Source: a virus. From it: a stretch of 64,000 nucleotides of DNA. The stretch is taken from positions 30,477 to 94,476 of IMG/VR virus record IMGVR_UViG_3300030103_003268. One strand, 5' to 3'. The position numbers and the translations under genes are program-made. Positions 29,499-38,837 of the stretch are shown piece by piece. The stretch's first letter is position 1. Each line of letters opens with the position of its first letter. The notes beneath the pieces were generated by a model, which was not told where the DNA came from, did not search any database, and saw nothing but the letters and a program-made list of their open reading frames with translations.

Positions 29499-30811
29499 TC
29501 CAAGAAATAAACTAAATCTCCCTTGCCTTTCAAAATATCCATAGCCTCTTTACGAAGTATATCATACTTTTCTTTTGTTGAAATATTACCACCCGATTCG
29601 GTAATTAGAATACTTTGGTCGTCATGCCGGATAATTTCAGAAGCAACTAACTTAGTCGTTGCTTCGTGAATTGCAGACGGCACTCTATTATCACCGGCAA
29701 TATATGAAACAATAACTGAATTATTTCTATGATAGGGATAGTCCTTCAAAAAGAAAATACGCCCCTCTTCATTAATTGTCCAGAAATCACCAAGCCTTCT
29801 TAAGTCTTCTTTATCTGTAAATACTTCTATTGTGCAAACTGTCGGTATTTCATTTTCTGTGGTAAATGTTAATGGTGTTGAAAATGCTCCGCCCGTTGAG
29901 GAATGACTCAAAGTAATAGTTGTTGAATCTACAATAGCAGCAATTGTGGTTGAAGTCACTATATTAACTGCTCCGCTAACCACCATACCTACTGCTAATT
30001 TGCTAGAATCAGCAACAGTAAGGTTTGTTGAGTTATTGCCCGAACATGACTGTTTTATGGTGGCCTTGATGACACAATCTGCCCCATCATCCCCCGAAAG
30101 TAGGGATGAGATGAGAATTTGTTTCCCGTTTGACTTGGCCTTCGCACCATAGAAAAAGTCAGAAATGGCTAGATTAGAAGAAATAAGACTTTTTGGTGCA
30201 GTTGCTTTAGTAAATTGAGACATTGAAGGAAAAGACTCGTTTATTAAAGAAACAATATCATTAGCGGTAGTTTTTATTCCAAAGGTTGTATTGAATTCAT
30301 CATTTCCTAAACTACTAACATCAACTTCGCTTTTCATTTCAAAAGATACGCCACTATTAGGCAACTGAAGAATAATAGAATGCAAGTCTCTATAATTGTC
30401 TTGTAGAGTAATTTTTGCTTGAGCCGAAGCAATTTCAATATATTGACTTCCTTGCCACAATTGAAGAGAAACAATCTTTCTTACCTTCATCTTTGATAAT
30501 TGCACAAAACCGACATGACCTCCATAATACGCCTTATGCGGGAGGCGAGAAAATTCAAAGTTATGGTGTTCATCCTTTGTGATAATTGGTCGGTATGAAC
30601 GCTTCACCTTGTCATCAACAATACCCTCCACCCTTTTGATGATTGACCCGACTTGAGCCAATGTGGGGAAGGTAGATGCTGAAAAAGCGGGAACTTGTAA
30701 GAGATTCGCAACCTCAGTAGCGTTGGTATAATGTCCTCTTCCATCCGAATATAGCGGATTAATTTCCGTAAAATCGCTAGGCGAGATTGTTTGTCCCATT
30801 TCAAGCACCAA
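29495..30811 (-). CDS. Head-tail adaptor with inserted domains
   Basis: YTNATEVANLL N-terminus and VSYIAG...VPSAIHEATTKLVA C-terminus typical of gp6/gp15-type adaptors. Confidence 0.65.
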   Translation of the reverse strand: MVLEMGQTISPSDFTEINPLYSDGRGHYTNATEVANLLQVPAFSASTFPTLAQVGSIIKRVEGIVDDKVKRSYRPIITKDEHHNFEFSRLPHKAYYGGHVGFVQLSKMKVRKIVSLQLWQGSQYIEIASAQAKITLQDNYRDLHSIILQLPNSGVSFEMKSEVDVSSLGNDEFNTTFGIKTTANDIVSLINESFPSMSQFTKATAPKSLISSNLAISDFFYGAKAKSNGKQILISSLLSGDDGADCVIKATIKQSCSGNNSTNLTVADSSKLAVGMVVSGAVNIVTSTTIAAIVDSTTITLSHSSTGGAFSTPLTFTTENEIPTVCTIEVFTDKEDLRRLGDFWTINEEGRIFFLKDYPYHRNNSVIVSYIAGDNRVPSAIHEATTKLVASEIIRHDDQSILITESGGNISTKEKYDILRKEAMDILKGKGDLVYFLD

Positions 30812-32507
30812 TCATTTTCTTTAAAGCCCGAATGTTTTTCTTTAGTTTATTAACATAATTAGCCATGGGCTTATTTTGACTTCTTCTTGCTCCACTTAAA
30901 TTAAATTCACCATGATTAGTCACTTCAAATTCTACTACAACAATAGAGTTTTTAAAGGCATCAATTAACCCATCTTTAGGAATAGGAACCATTGAAAACT
31001 TTTCTTTTCCAAAATCTGCGGCACTTCTTGTTTGAAAGGTTCTTTTAACTTTACCTTCCGAGTCTTCGGATTCATTAAACTGAAATACCGAAATTTCAGA
31101 TTTATAGTTATTCTTTTCTTCTTTGCTAAGATTCTTATATTCTTCTTCGGAAATAAAAATCTTACTTCCATCTTTATTTTTCTTAGTTTTATGACTGAAT
31201 GCCTTTTTAGATTGTTCTTCAATTTGTTCAGGAGTTAAACCCTTACCACTAAAATCTTCAATATTTTTCATTGCGTCAAGAGCCATATCTTTATAAGTCT
31301 GTTCGGTCTTTTTTGAGTTTTTAATAGTAGCATAACATTTTACAGAAAAGACAGCATCGGGAACAACTAAAAATTTGTTAAGTATTCTCATAATGGCTTC
31401 TTCATTATCAATAAAGAATCCTTCGGGTGTTCCTGAACTGCCGTCAAATGGAAACTTAACTCTTACTTCTCTTGTTGATTCTGCAAAAGTATAAAAATAA
31501 TATTTATCACCTATCTGGACAATATCTTCTTCTCTCATTAAATCTGTCCTATTTAAATCCATTCGTGCGGCTGAAATAACTACAATGTTTAAATCCTCAG
31601 TAAGTCCGGTGGGCATAGGCATTTTTTCTCCTACCTGCTCAAACATTTTATTACCATCTTCATCTTCTACTAATTTCATTTCAGTAATAGTGTTTTTACT
31701 TTCAAATTCGCCTGAAATTTGTTCAATGTGTTTTTCGGGTAAATCAAAAGCATAATCAAAGGTTTCTTTTCCTATTTTTGACTTGGTATTTCTTTCTCTA
31801 AAAGCGGCCTCTTGTCCTGTCTCTTCTAGGATAAAATCAGTTTTTGCAGCAATTAAAGCCCCTTCATCGAAAAAAGGAAATCTGGCTTCCATATGTGCTT
31901 TTAATCCGCTTATATCTGAATCAAAACCATAAGTATATTTTCCTTCTTGGCCTACTCCTTTATGTTGGCGAATAGTAATATCATAAGAAACATCAAAGTC
32001 ATCTACTTCTAGTTTCTTACCTTCTTCTGTTTGTTCTATTTTCTTTAGTTTATTTTTAGCATACCAAGATTCAAAGTCAAAATCTGGCAATTTAGTAATT
32101 CCGCTTTGAATAAAAGAAACATCTGTCCCTCTAAGCCTACCCAAAACTCTATTATTAGACAAGTCTTTTAATTTTTTATTTTTAATAAACTCTACATTTG
32201 CAGTATTTGGTTTAGGTTCTTGTCCTTGCTTTCTTCTCAATTGAGAAAATCGGTTCCAACCACTAGGCTCTTTCTTTAATTCTTCTTCTAAAGAATCATC
32301 TAAAACTGTTTCTAATATAGACTTTAGTTCTTCATCTAATTTTTCTAAATTAACTTCGCTTTCTTCTACGCTTTCCCTAGCAATCCTTAGTTTATTACGA
32401 AAAGATTTTTGTCCTTCTGTAATATAATCTCTCATTTGAGTTTGAACATAATCTTTAGATTTGGGTAGAGAAAGAGTTTGATTACCCCATCTAAAACTAA
32501 CAGACAT
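30801..32507 (-). CDS. Hypothetical protein (568 aa, charged)
   Basis: Long ORF, GAGGTGA RBS. Confidence 0.7.
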   Translation of the reverse strand: MSVSFRWGNQTLSLPKSKDYVQTQMRDYITEGQKSFRNKLRIARESVEESEVNLEKLDEELKSILETVLDDSLEEELKKEPSGWNRFSQLRRKQGQEPKPNTANVEFIKNKKLKDLSNNRVLGRLRGTDVSFIQSGITKLPDFDFESWYAKNKLKKIEQTEEGKKLEVDDFDVSYDITIRQHKGVGQEGKYTYGFDSDISGLKAHMEARFPFFDEGALIAAKTDFILEETGQEAAFRERNTKSKIGKETFDYAFDLPEKHIEQISGEFESKNTITEMKLVEDEDGNKMFEQVGEKMPMPTGLTEDLNIVVISAARMDLNRTDLMREEDIVQIGDKYYFYTFAESTREVRVKFPFDGSSGTPEGFFIDNEEAIMRILNKFLVVPDAVFSVKCYATIKNSKKTEQTYKDMALDAMKNIEDFSGKGLTPEQIEEQSKKAFSHKTKKNKDGSKIFISEEEYKNLSKEEKNNYKSEISVFQFNESEDSEGKVKRTFQTRSAADFGKEKFSMVPIPKDGLIDAFKNSIVVVEFEVTNHGEFNLSGARRSQNKPMANYVNKLKKNIRALKKMIGA

Positions 32508-32517
32508 TCATTTCACC

Positions 32518-33168
32518 TCACATTAACCATTTAGCCCAAGCCGCACCCTTTTGGATTGCTGCACTTAAATGAAGCCCGCTTGAAGGAGGCTCATAACTCA
32601 TTTGTCCTTGAGCATCAATCCAATAAGGACGACCATATCCATCTGTTCCGTTTGGAGGAATAGGGTAGCCTGTTCCATTGTTCATGGCTCCTTGCATTTG
32701 CTGATACTGTTGAGTATTTCCAGTAACATTGGCTAAAGCCATCCCTGCTGATGGCTGTTGCATACCTCCGCCATTAAATCCTTGTGATTCAAGATATTGC
32801 TGTTTAGCCATCTTTCTCTGCATAACAACTTCAGTATTGATTGCTGACTGTAATAACTTTTGAATATCTAAGTCAATATTTTCTTGAGTAATTCTTTCAT
32901 ATTCACGGAGAGCATCTCTATTTATTGTAAGGCTGCTCCCATTAGAATCAAAACTTAACTTAGCCAACATTTGAGAAACAACTCTTTCAACAACATCTTC
33001 CATCAACTTTTCAAGAGCAATTAAGAATTGTTCTCCATGATATTGAAAAAATTCTTCAACATGATTTTCTTGTAATGAAAGTAAATTGTTCACTGTTTTA
33101 AACTGTGTATCGCTTTGTGCTTGAACTGCACCCAACACGGTGCTATTGCTTGTCCCTAGTATTCCCAC
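32518..33168 (-). CDS. Hypothetical Gln/Gly-rich protein with amphipathic C-terminus
   Basis: 216 aa; ends AAIQKGAAWAKWLM. Confidence 0.7.
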   Translation of the reverse strand: MGILGTSNSTVLGAVQAQSDTQFKTVNNLLSLQENHVEEFFQYHGEQFLIALEKLMEDVVERVVSQMLAKLSFDSNGSSLTINRDALREYERITQENIDLDIQKLLQSAINTEVVMQRKMAKQQYLESQGFNGGGMQQPSAGMALANVTGNTQQYQQMQGAMNNGTGYPIPPNGTDGYGRPYWIDAQGQMSYEPPSSGLHLSAAIQKGAAWAKWLM

Positions 33169-33170
33169 TT

Positions 33171-33839
33171 CTATTCCTCCTTAATTTTCTGTTCTTCTGG
33201 TAATTCGTTTTGTGCTTGAACACCGTTCTTTAGCATCAAATGGTTTAGCCTCTCTGTCATAATGTTCATTTCTGCAATTAAGCGAATGACTTCATCGGTG
33301 GCCGTCTTTGTGTCTGCTAAGGCGGGTGGGGTTATAAACCAACCTGCCGCCGTAAGGGACATAACATCTTCCTTTGTTAGTGTTTTAATTGGGCCACCTT
33401 TAAGCATTTTAGGCATTCTTGGTTTAAAGGCACTAAATTCAAGCCCATGTTTATCTGCTAAAATCTGTTGTTGTAGCATTTCTAGTTGCATATAAATTGA
33501 AGCATGTTTAGGGCAATAAGTTCCCATTAATGGCCTTCCTTTAACCACTCCATCTAAAGGCATAGGTGGCCGCATATAATCTCCTTGTTCCCAAATGTGA
33601 TGGAAACCACAAACAACACATCTATCCTTAAGGTTAAATTTCTTTCCATACTTGATACCTAGAAACTTTTTTGGTTCTGCCTTTAAAACCAATTTGAGTT
33701 CTTTTAGTTGAGTCTTAGGTTTATATGAAATAAACTTGTATTCTTGCACAACACCGCTTGCTCTTGCCTGTTGAAGTGGCGAAAGCGAAGGATTAAATTG
33801 CTGTGGAGCGTTTTGTCCTATAATATTGTTTTGATACAT
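33171..33839 (-). CDS. Hypothetical protein with CxxC...CxxH zinc site
   Basis: CVVCG...YCPKH. Confidence 0.7.
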   Translation of the reverse strand: MYQNNIIGQNAPQQFNPSLSPLQQARASGVVQEYKFISYKPKTQLKELKLVLKAEPKKFLGIKYGKKFNLKDRCVVCGFHHIWEQGDYMRPPMPLDGVVKGRPLMGTYCPKHASIYMQLEMLQQQILADKHGLEFSAFKPRMPKMLKGGPIKTLTKEDVMSLTAAGWFITPPALADTKTATDEVIRLIAEMNIMTERLNHLMLKNGVQAQNELPEEQKIKEE

Positions 33840-33844
33840 AATAA

Positions 33845-34525
33845 TCAGTAGTCCTTTATCATTGTAGTAATTCCTCTATAAACCATTTCAGGGTCAGATT
33901 TTGCAGATACAATATATTTGAAACAAGGTATTCCTTTATCGTTTAACTTTCTCATACCGTATTTAAATGGTTCAAAAATTTCGTGTTTATCTATTTCTTG
34001 ATTTTCGGCTAATGGATATTTTTTTCCCCAAATATCATATTTATTTGCCCAAATTCCAACTGCCATAGGAAAATCAGAGTCTCTTTTCTTTTTACCGTTT
34101 GACCAATTATTTGAAATTATTGAATCTACTAAAAATTTCCATGCTAGTTGATGGTCTAAGTTTGAGTTGCTATCCAAATGCCTATGGTCAATCATAAATA
34201 TAACATACTTAACTTTTCTATTTTGCATGTCTTTTTCCCATTCTTTCCAGTAAATTGCTTCTCCACCAATATCTGCGCTTCTTACTGTATGCGAATCTCC
34301 GTCTATTTTGACATTTTTTCTCGTTGCTCTATGTCTTCCAACGGTTCTTTCTTGTATTTGTGGGACTTCTCCTCTTGTTCTTAATTGATGACTAAGAGTT
34401 GTTTTACCGACCATTGTTGCTCCATAAACCCCAAAATTAATAGCATGAATCTTTTTGTAAAATCCTATGATTGCTTCACCTACAAGAATAGCAAAACCTG
34501 TCATTAAAGACATTAATGCCCCCAC
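33845..34525 (-). CDS. Small GTPase, Ras superfamily (Arf/Sar-like)
   Basis: G1 GATMVGKTT, G2 T (ERT), G3 DIGG, G4 NKYD, G5 SAK; hydrophobic N-terminal helix. Confidence 0.88.
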   Translation of the reverse strand: MGALMSLMTGFAILVGEAIIGFYKKIHAINFGVYGATMVGKTTLSHQLRTRGEVPQIQERTVGRHRATRKNVKIDGDSHTVRSADIGGEAIYWKEWEKDMQNRKVKYVIFMIDHRHLDSNSNLDHQLAWKFLVDSIISNNWSNGKKKRDSDFPMAVGIWANKYDIWGKKYPLAENQEIDKHEIFEPFKYGMRKLNDKGIPCFKYIVSAKSDPEMVYRGITTMIKDY

Positions 34526-34731
34526 CCGTTTAACAAAGTGTCAAACAGAAAACCCATGATATTTATATCAAAAACACCAAGAATGTTTCCAACAAGGAAG
34601 CCTGAAAGACAAACGCATGAACCCCAAAAAAGCATCCTCATTTTCAAAAAGAAAATGTCAGCAGAATGCGCTCTTTGTTGATTATAAGCGTAGTCCGAAT
34701 CGGAAAAGCCCATTATGTCTCCAAAGACCAC
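34513..34731 (-). CDS. Small membrane protein
   Basis: Hydrophobic segment MLFWGSCVCLSGFLVGNILGVF. Confidence 0.7.
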   Translation of the reverse strand: MVFGDIMGFSDSDYAYNQQRAHSADIFFLKMRMLFWGSCVCLSGFLVGNILGVFDINIMGFLFDTLLNGWGH

Positions 34732-34742
34732 TTCTTCACCGC

Positions 34743-35126
34743 CTATTGTAGTGCGGCTAAGAACTCGTTTCCTACGCTATTTTCTTCTTCCTGTTGAATA
34801 GGTTGATAGAAAGTAGTGTTGTATTGCTTTGCGCTTTCACGCATTTTAACTCTTTGTTGTTCGTCCCTAGCCTTTCTTTCCCAGTATGCCGCAATTTTAC
34901 GGTCTAAGAGCCAAAGTTCAATTCTATCATTAAGAGATAAGTCAAAAATAGCCTTCATTACCATTATTGCCCCAATGGTGCCTAGACCGAATAGAACAGA
35001 ATGAGCCAATGGGCCATAAGGAAAATTCATTCCAAATGCCGCATATGCCCAAACATTTGTTCCGCTTAAAGCACCAACAAACAGAATTGTCATAATTAGA
35101 CGAGTATCTTGACTTAATGCTGCCAT
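34743..35126 (-). CDS. Two-TM membrane protein with charged C-terminus
   Basis: Two hydrophobic helices followed by charged helix. Confidence 0.7.
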   Translation of the reverse strand: MAALSQDTRLIMTILFVGALSGTNVWAYAAFGMNFPYGPLAHSVLFGLGTIGAIMVMKAIFDLSLNDRIELWLLDRKIAAYWERKARDEQQRVKMRESAKQYNTTFYQPIQQEEENSVGNEFLAALQ

Positions 35127-35135
35127 TTTAACACC

Positions 35136-35417
35136 TCAAGCAAAATGAATGAAAGTATTGGCGTTGCCTGATGTTTCTTCATAAAATAGTCCAGAAGAAC
35201 AAATAACACCATGCATATCATATTCAACTTGTGTAATAGCCGCACCATCCAGATTTAAACGGGCTAATTCTTTACCCGTATTATCGGTTCCATCAAATAC
35301 CTTAATTTGACACGGTGCGCCACTATCGTTATTAACATGAATAGAAATTAATTTACATTTTCCTGTAAATACTTGCTTATTTGCTGTTAAAAGACCACTA
35401 CTTCTGCAACTCGGCAT
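35136..35417 (-). CDS. Small beta-rich virion protein
   Basis: 93 aa, downstream of capsid genes. Confidence 0.55.
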   Translation of the reverse strand: MPSCRSSGLLTANKQVFTGKCKLISIHVNNDSGAPCQIKVFDGTDNTGKELARLNLDGAAITQVEYDMHGVICSSGLFYEETSGNANTFIHFA

Positions 35418-35478
35418 GATTCATCACTTCCGTTCAAACTATCTATGAGGCATCACCCTCTTAACCCTATCGCTAGGA

Positions 35479-35799
35479 TTATTCAGTCAAAGTAGACTTT
35501 TTGCTCTTAGCGGGCGTTTTCTTTGCCTTTGCTTTAGCGGGGAGTAGATATGCACACAATTTGTCATGTGTGTCAAAATCCTCACCCAAAGCCCTACTCA
35601 ACCGAGTTAAGAGAGAAGGTTCTAATTGCTTTAATTGTTTCCTATCGCTTTCAGCAAAGGAAATATCAAGGCATAAATCACCTAAATACCGCAAAGCGTC
35701 TTGAGCAGGAACATCTAATGTAATATCCCTACTCAAGACTTCGCCATTAACCCAGAGATTTTTTGACCTAGAACCCCTAGCAAGTTTAATTGTTGCCAA
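35479..35799 (-). CDS. Hypothetical protein with basic tail
   Basis: 106 aa, GAGGTGA RBS with TTG start. Confidence 0.6.
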   Translation of the reverse strand: MATIKLARGSRSKNLWVNGEVLSRDITLDVPAQDALRYLGDLCLDISFAESDRKQLKQLEPSLLTRLSRALGEDFDTHDKLCAYLLPAKAKAKKTPAKSKKSTLTE

Positions 35800-35809
35800 T
35801 TAACTCACC

Positions 35810-36175
35810 TCAGAGTTGCCCAAAGACTCTCAATCTAAATTGCATTCCGCTATGAGTTCCACCATCTGCAACTTCAGCAGGAGTGGCCTGTAAAGCATCA
35901 ACAATCAGTAATGTAAATGAGGTTGCGCTGGTATAACTTCCATTTGCTCCAGAAATCACAAAGGTTGGATAAAACTTTACATTACTAGTTCCAGTATGGG
36001 AAACAGCAGTAATTGTCTTTAATCCAAAATTACTAGCACTAAGAACAACTCCAGAAGCATCATAGGTTGAAACATCAAGTAGAGCATCAACCATATATTC
36101 ATCGCCATTTGCTCTTGGTTTGGTAAAACCCTTGTGGTCTGCTAACAGACTAACCGTAAAAATTTCTTCTGTCAT
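35810..36175 (-). CDS. Probable capsid decoration/minor capsid protein
   Basis: Immediately downstream of MCP; beta-rich 121 aa. Confidence 0.55.
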   Translation of the reverse strand: MTEEIFTVSLLADHKGFTKPRANGDEYMVDALLDVSTYDASGVVLSASNFGLKTITAVSHTGTSNVKFYPTFVISGANGSYTSATSFTLLIVDALQATPAEVADGGTHSGMQFRLRVFGQL

Positions 36176-36184
36176 TTAATCACC

Positions 36185-37546
36185 TCAAAGCAAGTTGGTA
36201 ATCTTTCCTTGACCCTTGAAGTAAGAACAACCAGTTTCAGCCATTGTGCGGTAAAGAGCCTTGTTTCCAAGGTTGCCGACACCGAATGGGTTTCCGTTGC
36301 TGATACCGTCTTCAAAGTATTGAGTTGGCTTCATCACAGATAGCCACAAATGGTCAGTATCAAGGAACAACATATCGCTAATTAGGCTTGTATTTCTTCC
36401 AGTAGAAGGCATAGCCGCAACAGGAATCAAAGGAATGTCGTAGTAAGTAGAAACGCGGAATCCGACTTCTTGACCCTTAACACCACGAACACCGTTCACA
36501 GTTGGAACGATTTCCTTTCTATCCATAAATCGCTCTTGAGCCTGAAGCAAGTCAGAAAGCGTTTGAAGCGTATCATATCCCGTAAGAATGACCTTTGGCG
36601 AACCACCAGCAACACGAAGTCTGCGAACCATGTCGTTAATCACAGTTAGCGTCAATTGTCGTGCTTCTGTTGAAAGGTAGCCATCTCCGAAAGAAACTTC
36701 TGCATCCAAATACTCGTTTCCTGAATCACTTCGTTGTTTTCCGTAAAGATGGTCAATTGCTTGGTCAGTAGCAGTATCAACAAGGTTTCCACCAGAATCG
36801 TCAGCCAATTCGGTAATTTCAGCCGAGTTGCTTACAATCTTGTAAAGAGAAGTATATCCTCTATCAATAGCGTTTGTTGTGGCGTATGATGTAGTTGGGG
36901 AATAGTTCTCCAAAGGCATAACAAGCATTTGATTCTGGACTTCCGCGTGATGCTTACCCATATCCTCTCTCAATTGAGCACGAATATCACCGATACCATC
37001 GTCAATTTGAGCCATTTCCATAGCCAACTCACTGAAAGCGAATTGATGAGCAATGATTTTTGGGCTGGTAAAGAGCGTATCATACTCAGGAGCAATTGAA
37101 ATCAAACCATCTGTGTTTGAATCAAGACTGGCGTTTTCGGGAACACCACCGATACGGTCAGCACGAAGGGCATCAAGACCATACAAACCATCAGAAAGAG
37201 CCGTATTGGAAGCGGCGGTAATATCAAGGAAATTACCAGCACCGCCAGCAGGTCGCTTCTTTAGGATTCTCCAACCACTTGAAGAATAAGGTCGCTTTGC
37301 GATAACAGACAATGCGTTGCATTCTCGGTTTAGCATAGACCAGACTTTTTGACCATAAATCTTATTGTAAAGATTACCAGCAATACCCGTCGTTACGCCA
37401 GCGGCGTTTATTGCGCCATCGTGAGCGACATGAATACCGCTAACGGTTCCTGCCGCTTTGAGCAATTGGTTGCTAATATGACCAGTTGCGCCCGTTCCGT
37501 ATGTTGCTGCTTCTAAATCTGCAATAGTGTTAATATATCCTACCAT
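36185..37546 (-). CDS. Major capsid protein (HK97 fold)
   Basis: 453 aa after protease; GGVPEN, PKIIAHQF, YYDIPLI, FLDTDHL; strong RBS. Confidence 0.85.
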   Translation of the reverse strand: MVGYINTIADLEAATYGTGATGHISNQLLKAAGTVSGIHVAHDGAINAAGVTTGIAGNLYNKIYGQKVWSMLNRECNALSVIAKRPYSSSGWRILKKRPAGGAGNFLDITAASNTALSDGLYGLDALRADRIGGVPENASLDSNTDGLISIAPEYDTLFTSPKIIAHQFAFSELAMEMAQIDDGIGDIRAQLREDMGKHHAEVQNQMLVMPLENYSPTTSYATTNAIDRGYTSLYKIVSNSAEITELADDSGGNLVDTATDQAIDHLYGKQRSDSGNEYLDAEVSFGDGYLSTEARQLTLTVINDMVRRLRVAGGSPKVILTGYDTLQTLSDLLQAQERFMDRKEIVPTVNGVRGVKGQEVGFRVSTYYDIPLIPVAAMPSTGRNTSLISDMLFLDTDHLWLSVMKPTQYFEDGISNGNPFGVGNLGNKALYRTMAETGCSYFKGQGKITNLL

Positions 37547-37557
37547 GTTAAATCACC

Positions 37558-38802
37558 TCAAAGGTTTCCTCCAACCATTTTATGAATATCAGCCCAATCC
37601 ATTTCGGCTAATTCTTCCATTGTGGGGAGTTTGACGGCGGCTTCCTCTTGAGCCTTAATGATGTTATCTCTCTCAGTCGTCAAAGACTTTCGGAGAGAAG
37701 CAAATTCATTCTTAAGAGAAGCGATTTCGCTTTGAGCATCATATTGAGCCTTAGCAAGAACATTTTCTCTTGAAGAGGTTTCAGCCTTGAAGCGAGCCTC
37801 AAATTGCTTTTGGAGGTTGTCGTAGGCTAACTTTTCAAGTTGTTCTTGACGGAAAGCATCGTAAGCCTTCTCAATGTTGCCAACGCTCAAATCAAGAGTT
37901 TCTAACTCTTCATTGTTGAATGCCTTAACAACTGGCAAATCAGAAGCCTTTGGTCGGCCTCCCTCAATGACGATTCTATCAGCAGGTTCGCCAATTTCTA
38001 CACCTGCTCCATCAAGAGTAGAGACATAGGCTTTGGCTTCATCATCCATAAATTCGCCCTTCTCATTCATCATCTTGTCTTTCTCAGACATCATTTTGTC
38101 CTTCTCAGACATCATGTTTTCGTCTTCCATCAACTTTTCCGACATCATTTTTTCGTCTTCCATGTCCATGTTTTCTTCTTCTTCTTCCTTTCTTAGCATA
38201 TTGACTTCTTCCATAAGAGCGTCAAGTTCCGCTAATGCTTTTTCAATTTTGGTCATATTTTTCACCTTTTTTGTTTTTTCTTGTTTTAAAATATCAAATT
38301 TTGCTTCTGGGTTAATTCCTTTCTCACAAATTGTGACTTCATGTAATTCTAACTTTGAAATTTCGTTGTATTGTCCAAATTCATCATTGGTTTTCTTTAC
38401 TTTTTCTAAAGCCTGTCCTCCAATACTAAAACTTCTTAATGAACCTTTTCTAATGCCTCTGTTAATTTCTTTGGCCTTTTCAATATCATCTCTTAATTTG
38501 ATTACTACAAAAAATCCTACATCATCAACTTCTGTTTTGAATAATCTTCCTGATTTATCTCGGTATGATTCAACTACTTCTCCGACTTGAACATTTGAAT
38601 GATTGGTCATTACATTTCTAAACTTTGGGTTCTCCATGTATTTATTTACCGCTTCTTTAAGGGCTTTGAGTGTGATTAAATCATTTTGCTTATCAACGAT
38701 TTCAATGCTTGCATATCCTCCAATCATCAAGTCGTCTTGGCTTTTTAGAATCCTGAAATCGTGAGCGTTGTTCCTCATCACCGCAGAAGTCATTCTTCTC
38801 AA
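37558..38802 (-). CDS. Prohead protease fused to scaffold region
   Basis: IGGYASIEIVDKQND, H(SN), SFSIGG, LHEVTICEKGINP; coiled-coil C-terminal half. Confidence 0.9.
   Translation of the reverse strand: MRRMTSAVMRNNAHDFRILKSQDDLMIGGYASIEIVDKQNDLITLKALKEAVNKYMENPKFRNVMTNHSNVQVGEVVESYRDKSGRLFKTEVDDVGFFVVIKLRDDIEKAKEINRGIRKGSLRSFSIGGQALEKVKKTNDEFGQYNEISKLELHEVTICEKGINPEAKFDILKQEKTKKVKNMTKIEKALAELDALMEEVNMLRKEEEEENMDMEDEKMMSEKLMEDENMMSEKDKMMSEKDKMMNEKGEFMDDEAKAYVSTLDGAGVEIGEPADRIVIEGGRPKASDLPVVKAFNNEELETLDLSVGNIEKAYDAFRQEQLEKLAYDNLQKQFEARFKAETSSRENVLAKAQYDAQSEIASLKNEFASLRKSLTTERDNIIKAQEEAAVKLPTMEELAEMDWADIHKMVGGNL
38070..38170 (-). repeat. Short tandem coding repeat (MMSEKDK) in protease/scaffold linker
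   Basis: KMMSEKLMEDENMMSEKDKMMSEKDKMMNEK, ~21-nt unit. Confidence 0.7.
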
Positions 38803-38809
38803 CCCTAAC

Positions 38810-38835
38810 TACCTGTTATCCAGTATATAAAGAAC
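38810..38835 (-). promoter_or_regulatory. Putative archaeal TATA box upstream of protease-MCP genes
   Basis: TTTATATA on - strand about 25 nt upstream of the protease ORF. Confidence 0.45.
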
Positions 38836-38837
38836 AC

